NCBI RefSeq assembly: GCF_026210795.1
Contig: NC_089434.1
Coordinates: 3,844,001-3,908,000 of the forward strand
Direction: 5' to 3'
Origin: Rhizophagus irregularis
Lineage: Eukaryota
DNA length: 64,000 bases
In this document: piece by piece, positions 29,101-39,006 of the stretch
Numbering within the stretch: the first letter of the stretch is position 1
Layout of the letters: each line of letters begins with the position of its first letter
Position numbers and translations under genes: made by a program
The notes under the pieces: model-generated
Database searches by the model: none
What the model was told of the DNA's origin: nothing
Seen by the model: the letters and a program-made list of their open reading frames with translations, nothing else

Positions 29101-31624
29101 CATCCATATACGCCATAATGGAAACATTTTGTTGATTAAGAACACCTTTTTCTTGAACAACTGATTTTGATATACAAGAAATATTATATCCCAATTGTTG
29201 TTTATCAATTTCTGCTAAAAGAGGATCGTAATAAATACACCAAAGCAACGGTGAAATTACTTCTCCTTGATCAATTCCTGTAAGAACATCATAAGATGCA
29301 GTTTTTCCATATGCAGTGATTACTTGATTTTTTCTATCTTTAAAAAGTTCTAAAATGAGGGATGAAAAATCGTTAGGAATTTTAATTCTATCCATCGCTT
29401 TTTTGAGTTGAAAAATGTTCACACGATCATAAGCCTTTCCCATATCCTGAGAGAGTATCCATAATTCATTATTATTATCGATTGAATTTTGAATAACTTC
29501 ATTCATAATCCTTATCGGTTCAAATGTTGATTGTTTAGGCAGACCAGCGAATTGATTTGCCTTTAATACGTTATTATCTTTCAAAATAATTGCTAAACGA
29601 CGATTTAGCAAGGAAATAAGTGCTTTTCGAGTGGTTTCTAAAAGAGTAATAGGGCGAGAGTTTGATAATTCACAATTAAAGGGTTTAGGTTTAGCAATAG
29701 GAAAGACCGTCGCTTCTTTCCATTGTTTTGGTAAAAATCCTAATTCTATAATTTTACAAATTAAATAATATAAAATATGATTACAATCATCACTTAGATG
29801 TTTCAACATTTCATTTGACACGCCTGAAGGTCCTGTCGCTTTTCCATTAGATAGTTGTCGAATAATATCTAACCATTCATCATAAGATGGAGCGTCCATA
29901 ATACTAGAATAAATATTTTCGTTAATATGAGGCTGTGGTTTATATTGTTCTTTCCATCTGCCTTGTATTGGTTTCTTTCTATTAACAGAGCCCGCCACTG
30001 TTTGAAAATGACGATTTGTTTCTTCCAGCACCTGAGTCTCATCTGTAATTAAAACTTCATTACCATTATGATCTTTCTTATAAATTTTTTCAATTGAAAT
30101 AGAAACCATTTCTTTTTCTGTAATAGATTGAATCATTCTCCCTTGATCATCTTTATAATTATCACATCGCTTTTTGATGTTAGAGATAATTTGTTCTTGT
30201 TCCATAATGTTAAGTTCAAGTTTAAAAACAATTCTCAATTGTTTTCTAATTTCATTAAGTTCATCAAGATAACTATGGAACTGATCATTATCTAAAAAAT
30301 TAAAATTATTGTCAGAAGTAACTAACTCATACTTGTCTTTTAACTTAATTATCGCGTTTTGATAATTAATCCATTTGTCGATCATTTCCTGATTTGGATG
30401 GTTTCTTAATCCTGTGATACATGAGCGGATTTCTTGAATACGGTTAATGATATATCTTAGATCAAAGTAAACTGACAACTTTTTCTCAGGAGCACATTTG
30501 ATTTTCTGTTTTATAACTTTTTTGTTTTTTATATTTTCATTAGCAGATTTCATGATAAGTTGTCTAAGAGAATCCCACACATGATCAACATGTTTTCTTT
30601 TTGTGATCGAACGATCCTTGAGTTTGATTCTTTCGATTTCATGATCCAAACCAGCACGGAAATTATCCCATGTAAATTCATCATCTTCCTGATCCATTTC
30701 ATCATATAAAAACACAGTACGAGTTATTTTCTTTTTACTTTTGTTAATCTTAGGTAATGTTTTTCCTATAAATAATTGTGTATCAAGCGATAAAGTGACA
30801 GTATTATGATCAGTTGTAAAATGATCATTTTCTATTACAGTACTATTCAAACTTTGGCCAAGTATTGGTAATGAAGCCCAAATATAATCTATTCTTGATT
30901 TTTCGTTAGAATCATTAGGCGGAATATAAGTATATATATTTTCGTCATCTTCGTTAAATATCGGAATTGTATCTAAAAGGTGTCTGTTTTCTAGCATTTT
31001 GAACAATTTGAAATACCATCTATTATTAACAAATGACATCAAGTATTTTCTATAATTAATGTTGAAATCACCCATAATGATTATTTCCATATTTTTGTTT
31101 TTCGCGTCATCGATAACATTTTCGATATATTGATATAGTTCCTCAATTTGTGTTCTTTCTTTTTTGTTAGCGTTAATGTACACCTGAATTAACCTAACAT
31201 TTTTCTTTTGACTAAAATTTAAGTCTAAATATAAAACACGGCCTTTATGACCAACCGCTTTATGAACAAATATATCGTATTTATCGCTAACGATAATTCC
31301 TACGCCTTGACCTTTACCCCCTTGTTGTGAATAATCAAAATAACCATGGAAACCAAATTGTTGTTGCCAAATTTTTGATTGTCTATAAGAAAGATTAGTC
31401 TCGGCTAATCCATATATGTCAATATCATTGTTTTTCATCGCGTCTAACGTGAAAATTAATTTGTCTTTACTAAGGGTACGAATATTCGTAGTAGCTATTT
31501 TCGTTATTGAAGAATGTTTTAAAGATTCTTTTGTAATAATTGGATTGTTATTTTCTATTTGGGGGAAATTTTTTTGTTGTTGAATGTTCGAACTAGAAGA
31601 AGAAATTATATTATTGTTCATCAT
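26171..31624 (-). CDS. LINE ORF2: APE endonuclease, reverse transcriptase, RNase H, C-terminal CCHC finger (1817 aa)
   Basis: APE motifs TTNIRTL, GLAET, MGDFN, SRIDYIW, TDH; RT motifs QDMGKAYD, GIDQGEVISPLLW, YMDD, ILGV; RNase H FYTDGS, GELLAV, NTDS, AAHG..GNNYVDNLAK; CPICGLYDETFNHVWTC. Confidence 0.97.
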   Translation of the reverse strand: MMNNNIISSSSSNIQQQKNFPQIENNNPIITKESLKHSSITKIATTNIRTLSKDKLIFTLDAMKNNDIDIYGLAETNLSYRQSKIWQQQFGFHGYFDYSQQGGKGQGVGIIVSDKYDIFVHKAVGHKGRVLYLDLNFSQKKNVRLIQVYINANKKERTQIEELYQYIENVIDDAKNKNMEIIIMGDFNINYRKYLMSFVNNRWYFKLFKMLENRHLLDTIPIFNEDDENIYTYIPPNDSNEKSRIDYIWASLPILGQSLNSTVIENDHFTTDHNTVTLSLDTQLFIGKTLPKINKSKKKITRTVFLYDEMDQEDDEFTWDNFRAGLDHEIERIKLKDRSITKRKHVDHVWDSLRQLIMKSANENIKNKKVIKQKIKCAPEKKLSVYFDLRYIINRIQEIRSCITGLRNHPNQEMIDKWINYQNAIIKLKDKYELVTSDNNFNFLDNDQFHSYLDELNEIRKQLRIVFKLELNIMEQEQIISNIKKRCDNYKDDQGRMIQSITEKEMVSISIEKIYKKDHNGNEVLITDETQVLEETNRHFQTVAGSVNRKKPIQGRWKEQYKPQPHINENIYSSIMDAPSYDEWLDIIRQLSNGKATGPSGVSNEMLKHLSDDCNHILYYLICKIIELGFLPKQWKEATVFPIAKPKPFNCELSNSRPITLLETTRKALISLLNRRLAIILKDNNVLKANQFAGLPKQSTFEPIRIMNEVIQNSIDNNNELWILSQDMGKAYDRVNIFQLKKAMDRIKIPNDFSSLILELFKDRKNQVITAYGKTASYDVLTGIDQGEVISPLLWCIYYDPLLAEIDKQQLGYNISCISKSVVQEKGVLNQQNVSIMAYMDDTQWITDEKSKLEKMLYIADTFYRLNDIQINKEKSELMMRTTTEKRKYSHNYNDKISIKFGREEINIKAKHPHEPMRILGVYFNIEHDGNYLMFKIKNEIDHLVNLMYKKKITDKHILYIFNRIIVPRVEYWSQVMALSKTQTESLIIPFRRMFKNKLKFARSAPNAILDNPYIYGYRDFYDNQLQAKITDFCIQFNDNGLLGKVTEIRLKSLQAQLWTSRPLIKKLPYNRVPHTRKNNYILNMLLLCHDNNISLENLDSNTFPTIKGGKIPLEDVVDNAYYSKHKERLREKKILFLDQIISGDKSRLLLWKEILIKAYIPIFSQRRETKWYSDIRSLITLDGVHLNHNITQLFGARVDNVEETRSYDITKKNRSLIAFYNPQFNSVLIGKIQGIDETQRPVIKHFHVDMSRCTDTHTYIYQCMEYGCAANALLSTRSPCTFSADWECLVPLLTDSQFAPSQLTNLIEFNIFNIFDFAKKKYDIIHRALTQNHVISPQLQENIILDLLDSSTSRNDLLIIQRTLAPFDNNNYYIFEFYTDGSLIELGTEQCNISCAFAQISDLFDIPHVEFYSTIDKWPSAYRGELLAVLLALSVVPKNSKVRINTDSLNVITQFDTLKKSRFSQTSREYFKANNNFLWAILCRIILTLNLHVEMFKVAAHGDDLGNNYVDNLAKIAHTDQDRYIVFRRNACLMKVLPCWNGIIIENKLRSFLKNLCNYKGLEKFINLNRNSKYRTLEVDWTSTFSCLNCDINNNETSVSSSKMKAQKVHLLIEEIPTIEQMKKSLLDLYDGWMCPICGLYDETFNHVWTCSGHYDIINNIRDKTINHLLTWILAYNDNIQDFNALMALDIWDISYDPNVFTFIDIIKGIIPMSLSDLLNSWTTKKNVAVVLIQMRQFIFNEIFEEVWIPRCSHLKEFERSLGLTKKKKLKFKSVRSLPNNNSSNNNIIHYDSLDSVRNYIYFGKNIIEFYTNLTS

Positions 31625-31632
31625 AAAAATAA

Positions 31633-33783
31633 TTATACGGCAGAATCATCAAAAACTTCATCATTATCCCCCAATAATGATGAAGCTGAAGGGCCACCAG
31701 CTAACATGTTGTAAAGAGATGAAAGTAAGGATTTAGTTTCCTGGTGATTTTGTTGTATTTGCTTCTGTTGAGCAACAATATTTTGAATGTTTTGATCGGA
31801 TTTTTGGAATTGTTGTGATTGAATATTGGACTTATTCGCAAGTTCATCTTCATCTTCACTCGATTCAGAATTACTTTTACAGCGTCTTTTCGCTTTAACT
31901 TCTGTATTATTATCAAATTGTTGATTTTTCTTTTTCTTACTAACTGGGACTGGATGCGCTTTATCACATTTAAGCGCTTGTTGAGCTGTAACAACTTCAC
32001 CAATTTGCTTGCCAGTATCGCTAATAAGCAACTCCATATTGAGCAATTTATCTTCAACCTTCCTTATAGTATTAATAATTTGTTCCTTGAATTTTAAAAA
32101 CATCGGATGGTTATTAAAGTCATCACTATCGTCATCATTATTATCATGATTACTGCGAGATCTTCTTTGATCACGTGATCCAGAGGGAATATTATTATTA
32201 GATTTAGAGTTATTTCTGGGCTTTTGTTTAGATTTAGCCGCATCCGCATACGACTTTTTTAGATTTTTCCAATTATCAGCGCCACTAACAAACCGTTTAG
32301 AATGAGATTTGTTAATATCTTTGTTAGTACAGTCTTTGGCCATATGAGTGGGATTACCGCAAATATTACAAATGCGATCTTCCTCTTTACTCCAGTATAA
32401 TTGTCGAGTACCAGCGTTGCCCTTTTTGAATTCAATATTCATTTGTCTGACTGCCACCAAATCATCTCGCGAAGAAAAATGAATGTAAGCATAGCGACAT
32501 CTTTGATATTTACCACGAATCATAACAGCTGGGATAAAACAAGTTTTCCCTTTACATTGTGTCATAACTTCCTTGAGATCATAACCACTAGTTTGATAAT
32601 GTAACCCAGATAATCTTAACGAGAATTGTTTCCTTTGCTCGCGTTCCTCTTTGCTCAATAACAATGGTAAAACTCTAACTATGTCTTTGTTAATATGATA
32701 ACTCCATTGCTCTTTAAAGTAATCAATAGAAGTAGCATCCTTATACGTAATAAAAGCAACTTGGTAAAGACCAGCACCTCTCGTATAAATCTTCTCAATT
32801 TCGCCAAGATCTTCAAAGGACTCACGAATTTCGCGTACCTGTCTAAACGCAGGAATATCAATCACTTGAATTGTACGATTATTGGAATTTTGTGACATAT
32901 CACTATCCTTGTCATTTGTAGTAGCCACCTTTTCAGGCTTTAATGGGGTAGGTTGAAGTTTCACATTAAACACTTCACCCGAATCATCTTCTTTTTGCTC
33001 TTGAATAACAAGTTCTATTTTAAGAAATTGGTCAAATTTTTCTTTGTCCAAAAATGATACCTTCGCCCCTTGCTTTCCCAACGGGGTAACTGGAAGTTGT
33101 TTGTTATACTGGATATTATAGGTTTGTAGCGCCTTTTTAATTTTGGTAGTTTTTAGACTTTTTCCTCCAATAAGCTCACCATATGGAACAAGTGCAATGT
33201 GTTCTTTTATTTTTTCTATAGTAATGATCGACGGGTCTTTGTTAGAATTACTAGGATCAACATCCATGGGCTGGGACCCTTGATCGGCTTGCAGATTAAT
33301 CTTATCCTGATTAGGCAAAACAACAGATTGTTGTTGATCCTTATGAGGAGTTGAAATAATTTCTTTGTTAAGAGTCGGAACCTTATTGGTTCCATTCACG
33401 TTGTTTACAATATTCTGCGGAGGTAAGGGAGGGTCATGTGACAAATCTTTCGCGACCACCTTGGACTTTTCAGTAGCTTTCCCTTTGTCGTTACCAGAAG
33501 AAGATTTGGAGTTTGGACCATAAGTATCCTGAAAAATTTCTTTTTCCATGTCCATAGCACGTTCAGCTTCCATGGTTTCTGTCAGTTTTTTGTCAGAAGT
33601 TGGCTGCGGCTTTTTCCGATAGGTATTCCAAATACTCTCATGATGAGAAGCAGTTTCCTTCGGTGCACTGAAGGTGAACTGGTTTTCAGGACTAGTCGGC
33701 CTACTTCCACCTGCTTGGGAATTACGGCTTGAGCTACGTGTTTGTCTACCACCTCTACCACCTCGTTTAGCGTTTCCAGACAT
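31633..33783 (-). CDS. LINE ORF1 (RRM-like domains, single CCHC zinc knuckle, coiled coil; 716 aa)
   Basis: Directly upstream of ORF2; RTIQVIDIPAF..FEDLGEIEKI..VAFITY and LRLSGL..YAYIHF RRM-like segments; CNICGNPTHMAKDC; RGG-rich N-terminus. Confidence 0.92.
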   Translation of the reverse strand: MSGNAKRGGRGGRQTRSSSRNSQAGGSRPTSPENQFTFSAPKETASHHESIWNTYRKKPQPTSDKKLTETMEAERAMDMEKEIFQDTYGPNSKSSSGNDKGKATEKSKVVAKDLSHDPPLPPQNIVNNVNGTNKVPTLNKEIISTPHKDQQQSVVLPNQDKINLQADQGSQPMDVDPSNSNKDPSIITIEKIKEHIALVPYGELIGGKSLKTTKIKKALQTYNIQYNKQLPVTPLGKQGAKVSFLDKEKFDQFLKIELVIQEQKEDDSGEVFNVKLQPTPLKPEKVATTNDKDSDMSQNSNNRTIQVIDIPAFRQVREIRESFEDLGEIEKIYTRGAGLYQVAFITYKDATSIDYFKEQWSYHINKDIVRVLPLLLSKEEREQRKQFSLRLSGLHYQTSGYDLKEVMTQCKGKTCFIPAVMIRGKYQRCRYAYIHFSSRDDLVAVRQMNIEFKKGNAGTRQLYWSKEEDRICNICGNPTHMAKDCTNKDINKSHSKRFVSGADNWKNLKKSYADAAKSKQKPRNNSKSNNNIPSGSRDQRRSRSNHDNNDDDSDDFNNHPMFLKFKEQIINTIRKVEDKLLNMELLISDTGKQIGEVVTAQQALKCDKAHPVPVSKKKKNQQFDNNTEVKAKRRCKSNSESSEDEDELANKSNIQSQQFQKSDQNIQNIVAQQKQIQQNHQETKSLLSSLYNMLAGGPSASSLLGDNDEVFDDSAV

Positions 33784-34254
33784 TTTCTATAAATTGTTAG
33801 ATATTTACTGCGGATTTTAAGCGATTTTAACAATTTGCAAGAAAGAGTTTTTTCTAAATTCTTATTTATTTTCACCCAAGTAGGATTTTAAGGCGATTTT
33901 TTACTTTAAAAGGCAAAAATTTTGGTTGATCATTTCATTTCAGTCAGATTTTCACCAAAATTTTCTATTCCGTTTTTGAAAATCATCCACATGCATAGTT
34001 GCCATGGATACAAAAAAAATTGCCTTTTTCGTAAAAAACTCTCAGTTTAATCTTAAATATTAGTACAGTACTGTACATGTACATGTACAAGTACAAGAGC
34101 AAGAACATGAACATGTACATGTACATGTACAGAGAAAGTGAACATTCACTATGGAAACTTTTTGCGCTGAGTTTAACTGTGCTGCTCAAAAAGAATGTTA
34201 ACTTGACAGATCATGAAATAGTATGTTGATCATTTTTTATTAAAATGTGAAAAT

Positions 34255-35419
34255 TTTTTTTTTTAATTAAAAATGTCAAAAACTTGATTAAAAAACAAAA
34301 AAAAATTAAATTTTTTAATTAAAAAAGTCAGACTTGACGTTTTTTGTTATTAAAAATCAAAAAAAAAATGATTTTATTAATCAAAAATGTCAGACTTGAC
34401 GTTTTTTGTTATTAAAAATCAAAAAAAATGATTTTTTTTAATTAAAAACGTCAGACTTGACGTTTTTTGTTATTAAAATCAAAAAAAATGATTTTTTCTT
34501 AATTAAAAACGTCAGACTTGACGTTTTTTGTTATTAAAAATCAAAAAAAAATATATTTTTTAATTAAAAACGTCAGACTTGACGTTTTTTGTTATTAAAA
34601 ATCAAAAAAAAATATATTTTTTAATTAAAAACGTCAGACTTGACGTTTTTTGTTATTAAAAATCAAAAAAAATATTTTTTTTAATTAAAAACGTCAGACT
34701 TGACGTTTTTTGTTATTAAAAATCAAAAAAAAGTGATTTTTTTAATTAAAAACGTCAGACTTGACGTTTTTTGTTATTAAAAATCAAAAAAAAGTGATTT
34801 TTTTAATTAAAAACGTCAGACTTGACGTTTTTTGTTATTAAAAATCAAAAAAAAATATTTTTTTTAATTAAAAACGTCAGACTTGACGTTTTTTGTTATT
34901 AAAAATCAAAAAAAAATATTTTTTTTAATTAAAAACGTCAGACTTGACGTTTTTTGTTATTAAAATCAAAAAAAATGATTTTTTTTTAATTAAAAACGTC
35001 AGACTTGACGTTTTTTGTTATTAAAAATCAAAAAAAATATATATATTTTTTAATTAAAAACGTCAGACTTGACGTTTTTTGTTATTAAAAATCAAAAAAA
35101 AAATATTTTTTAATTAAAAACGTCAGACTTGACGTTTTTTGTTATTAAAAATCAAAAAAAATATTTTTTTTAATTAAAAACGTCAGACTTGACGTTTTTT
35201 GTTATTAAAAATCAAAAAAAATATTTTTTTTAATTAAAAACGTCAGACTTGACGTTTTTTGTTATTAAAAATCAAAAAAAAATATTTTTTTAATTAAAAA
35301 CGTCAGACTTGACGTTTTTTGTTATTAAAAATCAAAAAAAAATATTTTTTTAATTAAAAACGTCAGACTTGACGTTTTTGTTATTAAAAATTAAAAAAAA
35401 AATGATTTTTTTTTAATTA
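34255..35419. repeat. Tandem array of ~60-bp hairpin monomers (18 copies plus 1 degenerate)
   Basis: Unit taattaaaaacgtcagacttgacgttttttgttattaaaaatc + A-run/(atat|atga|gtga)/T-run; core AAAAACGTCA-gact-TGACGTTTTT is a perfect 10-bp stem. Confidence 0.97.
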
Positions 35420-35422
35420 TAT

Positions 35423-37665
35423 TAGTGTACTTTTGGATATAATGGGTGAGTTTATTTTAAAAGCATACTAATACTACTAATAAATTAATAAAAGATTTTT
35501 TTATAACAATAGATTGTGTTTAGTGAGATTTATGAAAAAATTTTATGAAATTTTTTTTAATAAGAATAGCTTTGTATAAAAAATTTTCTAGAATTTTTTT
35601 TTAATAACGATATATCAGCATAGTAGTAATAGTACAATAGGGTTAACTATACAATAAATAGATGTAATAAATTTTTTGGAATTTTTTTTTAATAACAGTA
35701 AATTGGTATCATATAATAGATGATATAATAAATTTTTTTTGGAATTCTTCCTTAATAACAATATATTGGTATAGCACAATAGATAGATATAATAAAAATT
35801 TTCTGTGATTTATTTTTTAATTACAATAGATTGGTAACTTATTAATGGAAGTTAATAATTTTTTTACAGTTCACAGTACTAATATTACTTTTTTTTTTTT
35901 AATCGCAGCGCATTTGCAGTTTTATTAAAGTAGAAAAATAAAAGAATATGTATACATAGTATGATTCTAAAAGCTACTCTAATATAATTAAACTACAAAC
36001 CACTCGTCATACGTATAGTACCCCACGTGTGCACTGTCGAGTGATCGTTAGACTCAGTAGGTAGACAACATTTGTAATGCGTTATCTTAGCCAGACGGCC
36101 CTATCTTCAACATAGTAACACTAATATTACTAATAAGTAATGATAATAAAAGATTTTAATTACATTTAATAAGGTTAATAAAAAAAATTTTTTGAGATAT
36201 AATAGAATGGTATAGTACAATAGATAGATATAATAAAATTTTCTGGGATCTATTTTAATAATAACAGATTGGTATAACACAATGTATAGATATAAAAAAT
36301 ATTTCTGAATTCTTTTTTTTAATAATAGATTGATATGAATATATTTTCTGGGATTTTTTTTAGCAATAAGTCATTATATCAGTATAAAATTTTCTGGATT
36401 TTTTTTAATAACAATAGATCAGTATGGTATAATGGATAGAAATAAAAAATTTTAAGGATTTTTTTTTAATAACAATACTAGATTGGTATAGTACAATAGT
36501 TACTAGATATAAAATTTTCTGGGATTATTTTAATAACAATAGATAGGTATAGTACAATGGACTAATTTAATAAATTTTTTTGTGATTTTTTTTAATAACA
36601 ATAGATTGGTAATAGACAACTGATTATTAATTTGTTCAATTAATAATTGTTTTTTAGTAAGATTTTTTCCAGTAATACTACTACTAATAGGTATTAATAG
36701 TTAGTTTAATGAGTTAATAAAAGATTTTTTATAAATAGATTATATTTAATGACATATAAAAAAAATTTTGGGAGATTTTTTTTAATAACAATAGATCAAT
36801 ACAAAAAATTTACTGAGACTTTTTTTAATAACAATAGATTGGTATAGTACAATGAATAGATATAAAAAAATTTTAACTTTTTTTTTAATAATAGATTGAT
36901 ATAAATATATTTTCTGAATTTTTTTTTAACAATAGAGTCAATAAATCAATATAAAAAATTTTTTTGATAACAACAGATCAGTACTATATTATAATGGAGA
37001 GATATAAAAAATTTTTTAGATTTTTTATTAATATAATAGATCAGTTTCTGGAATTTTTTTATGACAAATTAGTATAGTACAATATATAAACTTTTCTGGG
37101 ATTTATTTAAATAACAATAGATATGATAAAATTTTTGGTGATTTTTTTTTTAGTAGCAATAGATTGGTAATAGACAATTATTACTGTGACCAAAACTGAT
37201 CTGATTTACCAATTCATTATCAGTTCAGTTTTTAATGTTTTCACAACATTTTTTATTGTCTATTACCAATCTATTGTTACTAAAAAAAATAATCACCAAA
37301 AATTTATCATACCTATTGTTATTAAAATAAATCTCAGAAAATTTTTTTATTAACCTTATTAAATGTAATCTATTGTTATAAAAATCTTTCATTTATATTA
37401 CTTACTAGTAATATTAGTGTTACTGTGAACTATAAAAAAATCTTACTAAAAAACAATTATTAACAAGTTAATTGTCTACTATCAACATATTGTTATTAAA
37501 AAAAAATCCCAGAAAATTTTTTTATACCAAACTATTACTAAAAAGAAATCTCATTAAATTTTTTATAAATCTCACTAAACACAATCTATTGTTATAAAAA
37601 AATCTTTTATTAATTTATTAGCAGTATTAGTATAAAACTCACTCACTATATCCAAAAGTACACTA
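35423..37665. mobile_element. Non-coding foldback/TIR element (~2.2 kb) with internal modular repeats and putative TA TSD
   Basis: Ends tagtgtacttttggatata / tatatccaaaagtacacta with imperfect inverted similarity over >100 bp; aataacaatagattggtata modules flip orientation at ~37200. Confidence 0.85.
35890..36119 (-). mobile_element. Short poly(A)-tailed retroposed insert (SINE or 5'-truncated LINE) nested in the foldback element
   Basis: T12 run at 35889-35900; actaatattact duplicated at 35878-35889 and 36120-36131; the opposite arm (~37405-37430) shows the uninterrupted module. Confidence 0.6.
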
Positions 37666-39006
37666 GTTTCTGATTGAAAAGATTCATCTGGCATATTTTG
37701 ATAATATAAATTCATTTCTCTTATTTTAATTCCAAGTGTATTAATATCAGGTCTTTTTGATGAATCAGCATCCCAACATTCTTCTATTAAATTCTTATAT
37801 TCAACAGGAGTTCCTGATACTATTCTTGGCCTTATACCATTGATTATATTCATTGCAAGATTATAATCATGTTCATAATTAATAAATGGTGGTTGTTCAG
37901 ATGTAATTTCCCACATAAGTATTGCAACACTATAGATATCAGATGCTTCTGTAGTTTGTTTCCCAGAAATAACCTTAGGTGCCAAATAAGGAAGATTTCC
38001 ATATACACTTTTTGATGATTTATCAGCAGGTCCACAAAATCCAAGATCACTAATATACCAATTACTACTACGTCGTGAATACAATATATTTCCAGAATGC
38101 AAATCTCTATGAATTAAATTCTCAAAATGAATAAAATTAAGTGCCCTAACTATTTCAAAAGCTATATTGATTTTTTGTTTCCACTGTGATTCTGTTGTAA
38201 AAATTCTTTTAAACTTATGTCCATTTTAAACATTACAAGCATATAATTTCCATTTGATATATCTTGTGTTAAACCATAACACTGGACTATTTCCGCATGT
38301 TTATTACTTATAGTTAGATGTGATTTAGCCTAAAAATATTTAAGATTGAATATTAATATACAGTAGAACTTGTTAACTATTATTTCTTCAAAAATAATAC
38401 ATTTAGATTACAAACCTCTTCAAACCAACTTTGATTCGCACTTTCAACATTTTCTAATTTTTTAAGTATTACATTATGTCTTCCAAATCTTTTTAATTGC
38501 TGTTTTTTAAAATCCCATTCTTCATATCTTCCATCAACCCAAACCGCTGTATAAATTTCAGAAAACTCACCTTTTGTTAAATACTTGATATTCTGTAAAT
38601 TATTATATGGAATCCATTCGATTATAGTACCTGGTTCAAATGTTTCAATTTGACATTTCTGGATTAAATTATCAATATTAACATTTCCAGATGTCCAATT
38701 TGAAAATTTCTCTTTTAAATAATTTCGAACACAAAATTCACAATATAATGTAGCTAAACATTTTTGATTACAATTTTCACAAATTCTTCTTGTTCCTGAA
38801 TTTCCAAGAATTTTATTTCGATCATAACTGGTAGTTATCCAATTTATTGCATAATTTTTTTCATCTTTTGTAAGAGAATTATCAGCAAGAAGTGTTTGTT
38901 TTCTAAATTCATATCGTTTGTGTATATCATTATGGATATTATTATTTATTAATGCAAGTGACCTATTCATTGCTGCATGAACAAGTTCTTTTCGAATTAC
39001 AGACAT
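37666..39006 (-). pseudogene. 5' half of a TKL-type protein kinase gene (exon 1 39006-38416; exon 2 from 38329), disrupted
   Basis: MSVIRKEL..CENC..WTSGN..EWIPY; VQCYGLT, IHRDLHSGN, ISDLG. Frameshifting deletion near 38185, APE changed to APK, and the frame runs into the foldback TIR after FQSET. Confidence 0.9.

Larger units (their letters stand above)
25865..34250 (-). mobile_element. Full-length non-LTR retrotransposon (LINE) with RNase H; may extend to 35419 if the array is its 5' end
   Basis: Two intact ORFs, ~300-bp 3' UTR and an (AAAAAT)n tail at 25865-25886 abutting kinase exon sequence. Confidence 0.95.

Noticed and set aside
28632..33875. Small antisense and alternate-frame ORFs inside the LINE
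   Set aside because: Shadows of ORF1 and ORF2 with no motifs; the same applies to the antisense ORFs at 51006-52821.
25865..34250. LTR retrotransposon or bacterial RT system (retron, DGR, group II intron)
   Set aside because: The APE-RT-RNase H order, ORF1 and A-rich tail define a non-LTR element; no LTRs, protease or integrase were seen.
33790..34250. Self-cleaving ribozyme in the LINE 5' UTR
   Set aside because: No HDV-like or hammerhead core recognisable by eye; a covariance-model scan would be needed.
34255..35419. CRISPR array (palindromic repeat with ~60-bp period next to an RT gene)
   Set aside because: The inter-repeat segments are A/T runs with only a few recurring variants rather than unique spacers; there are no cas genes and the context is eukaryotic.
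37575..38102. Stand-alone 175-aa kinase
   Set aside because: Internal part of exon 2 of the disrupted gene; its last ~29 residues come from the foldback TIR.
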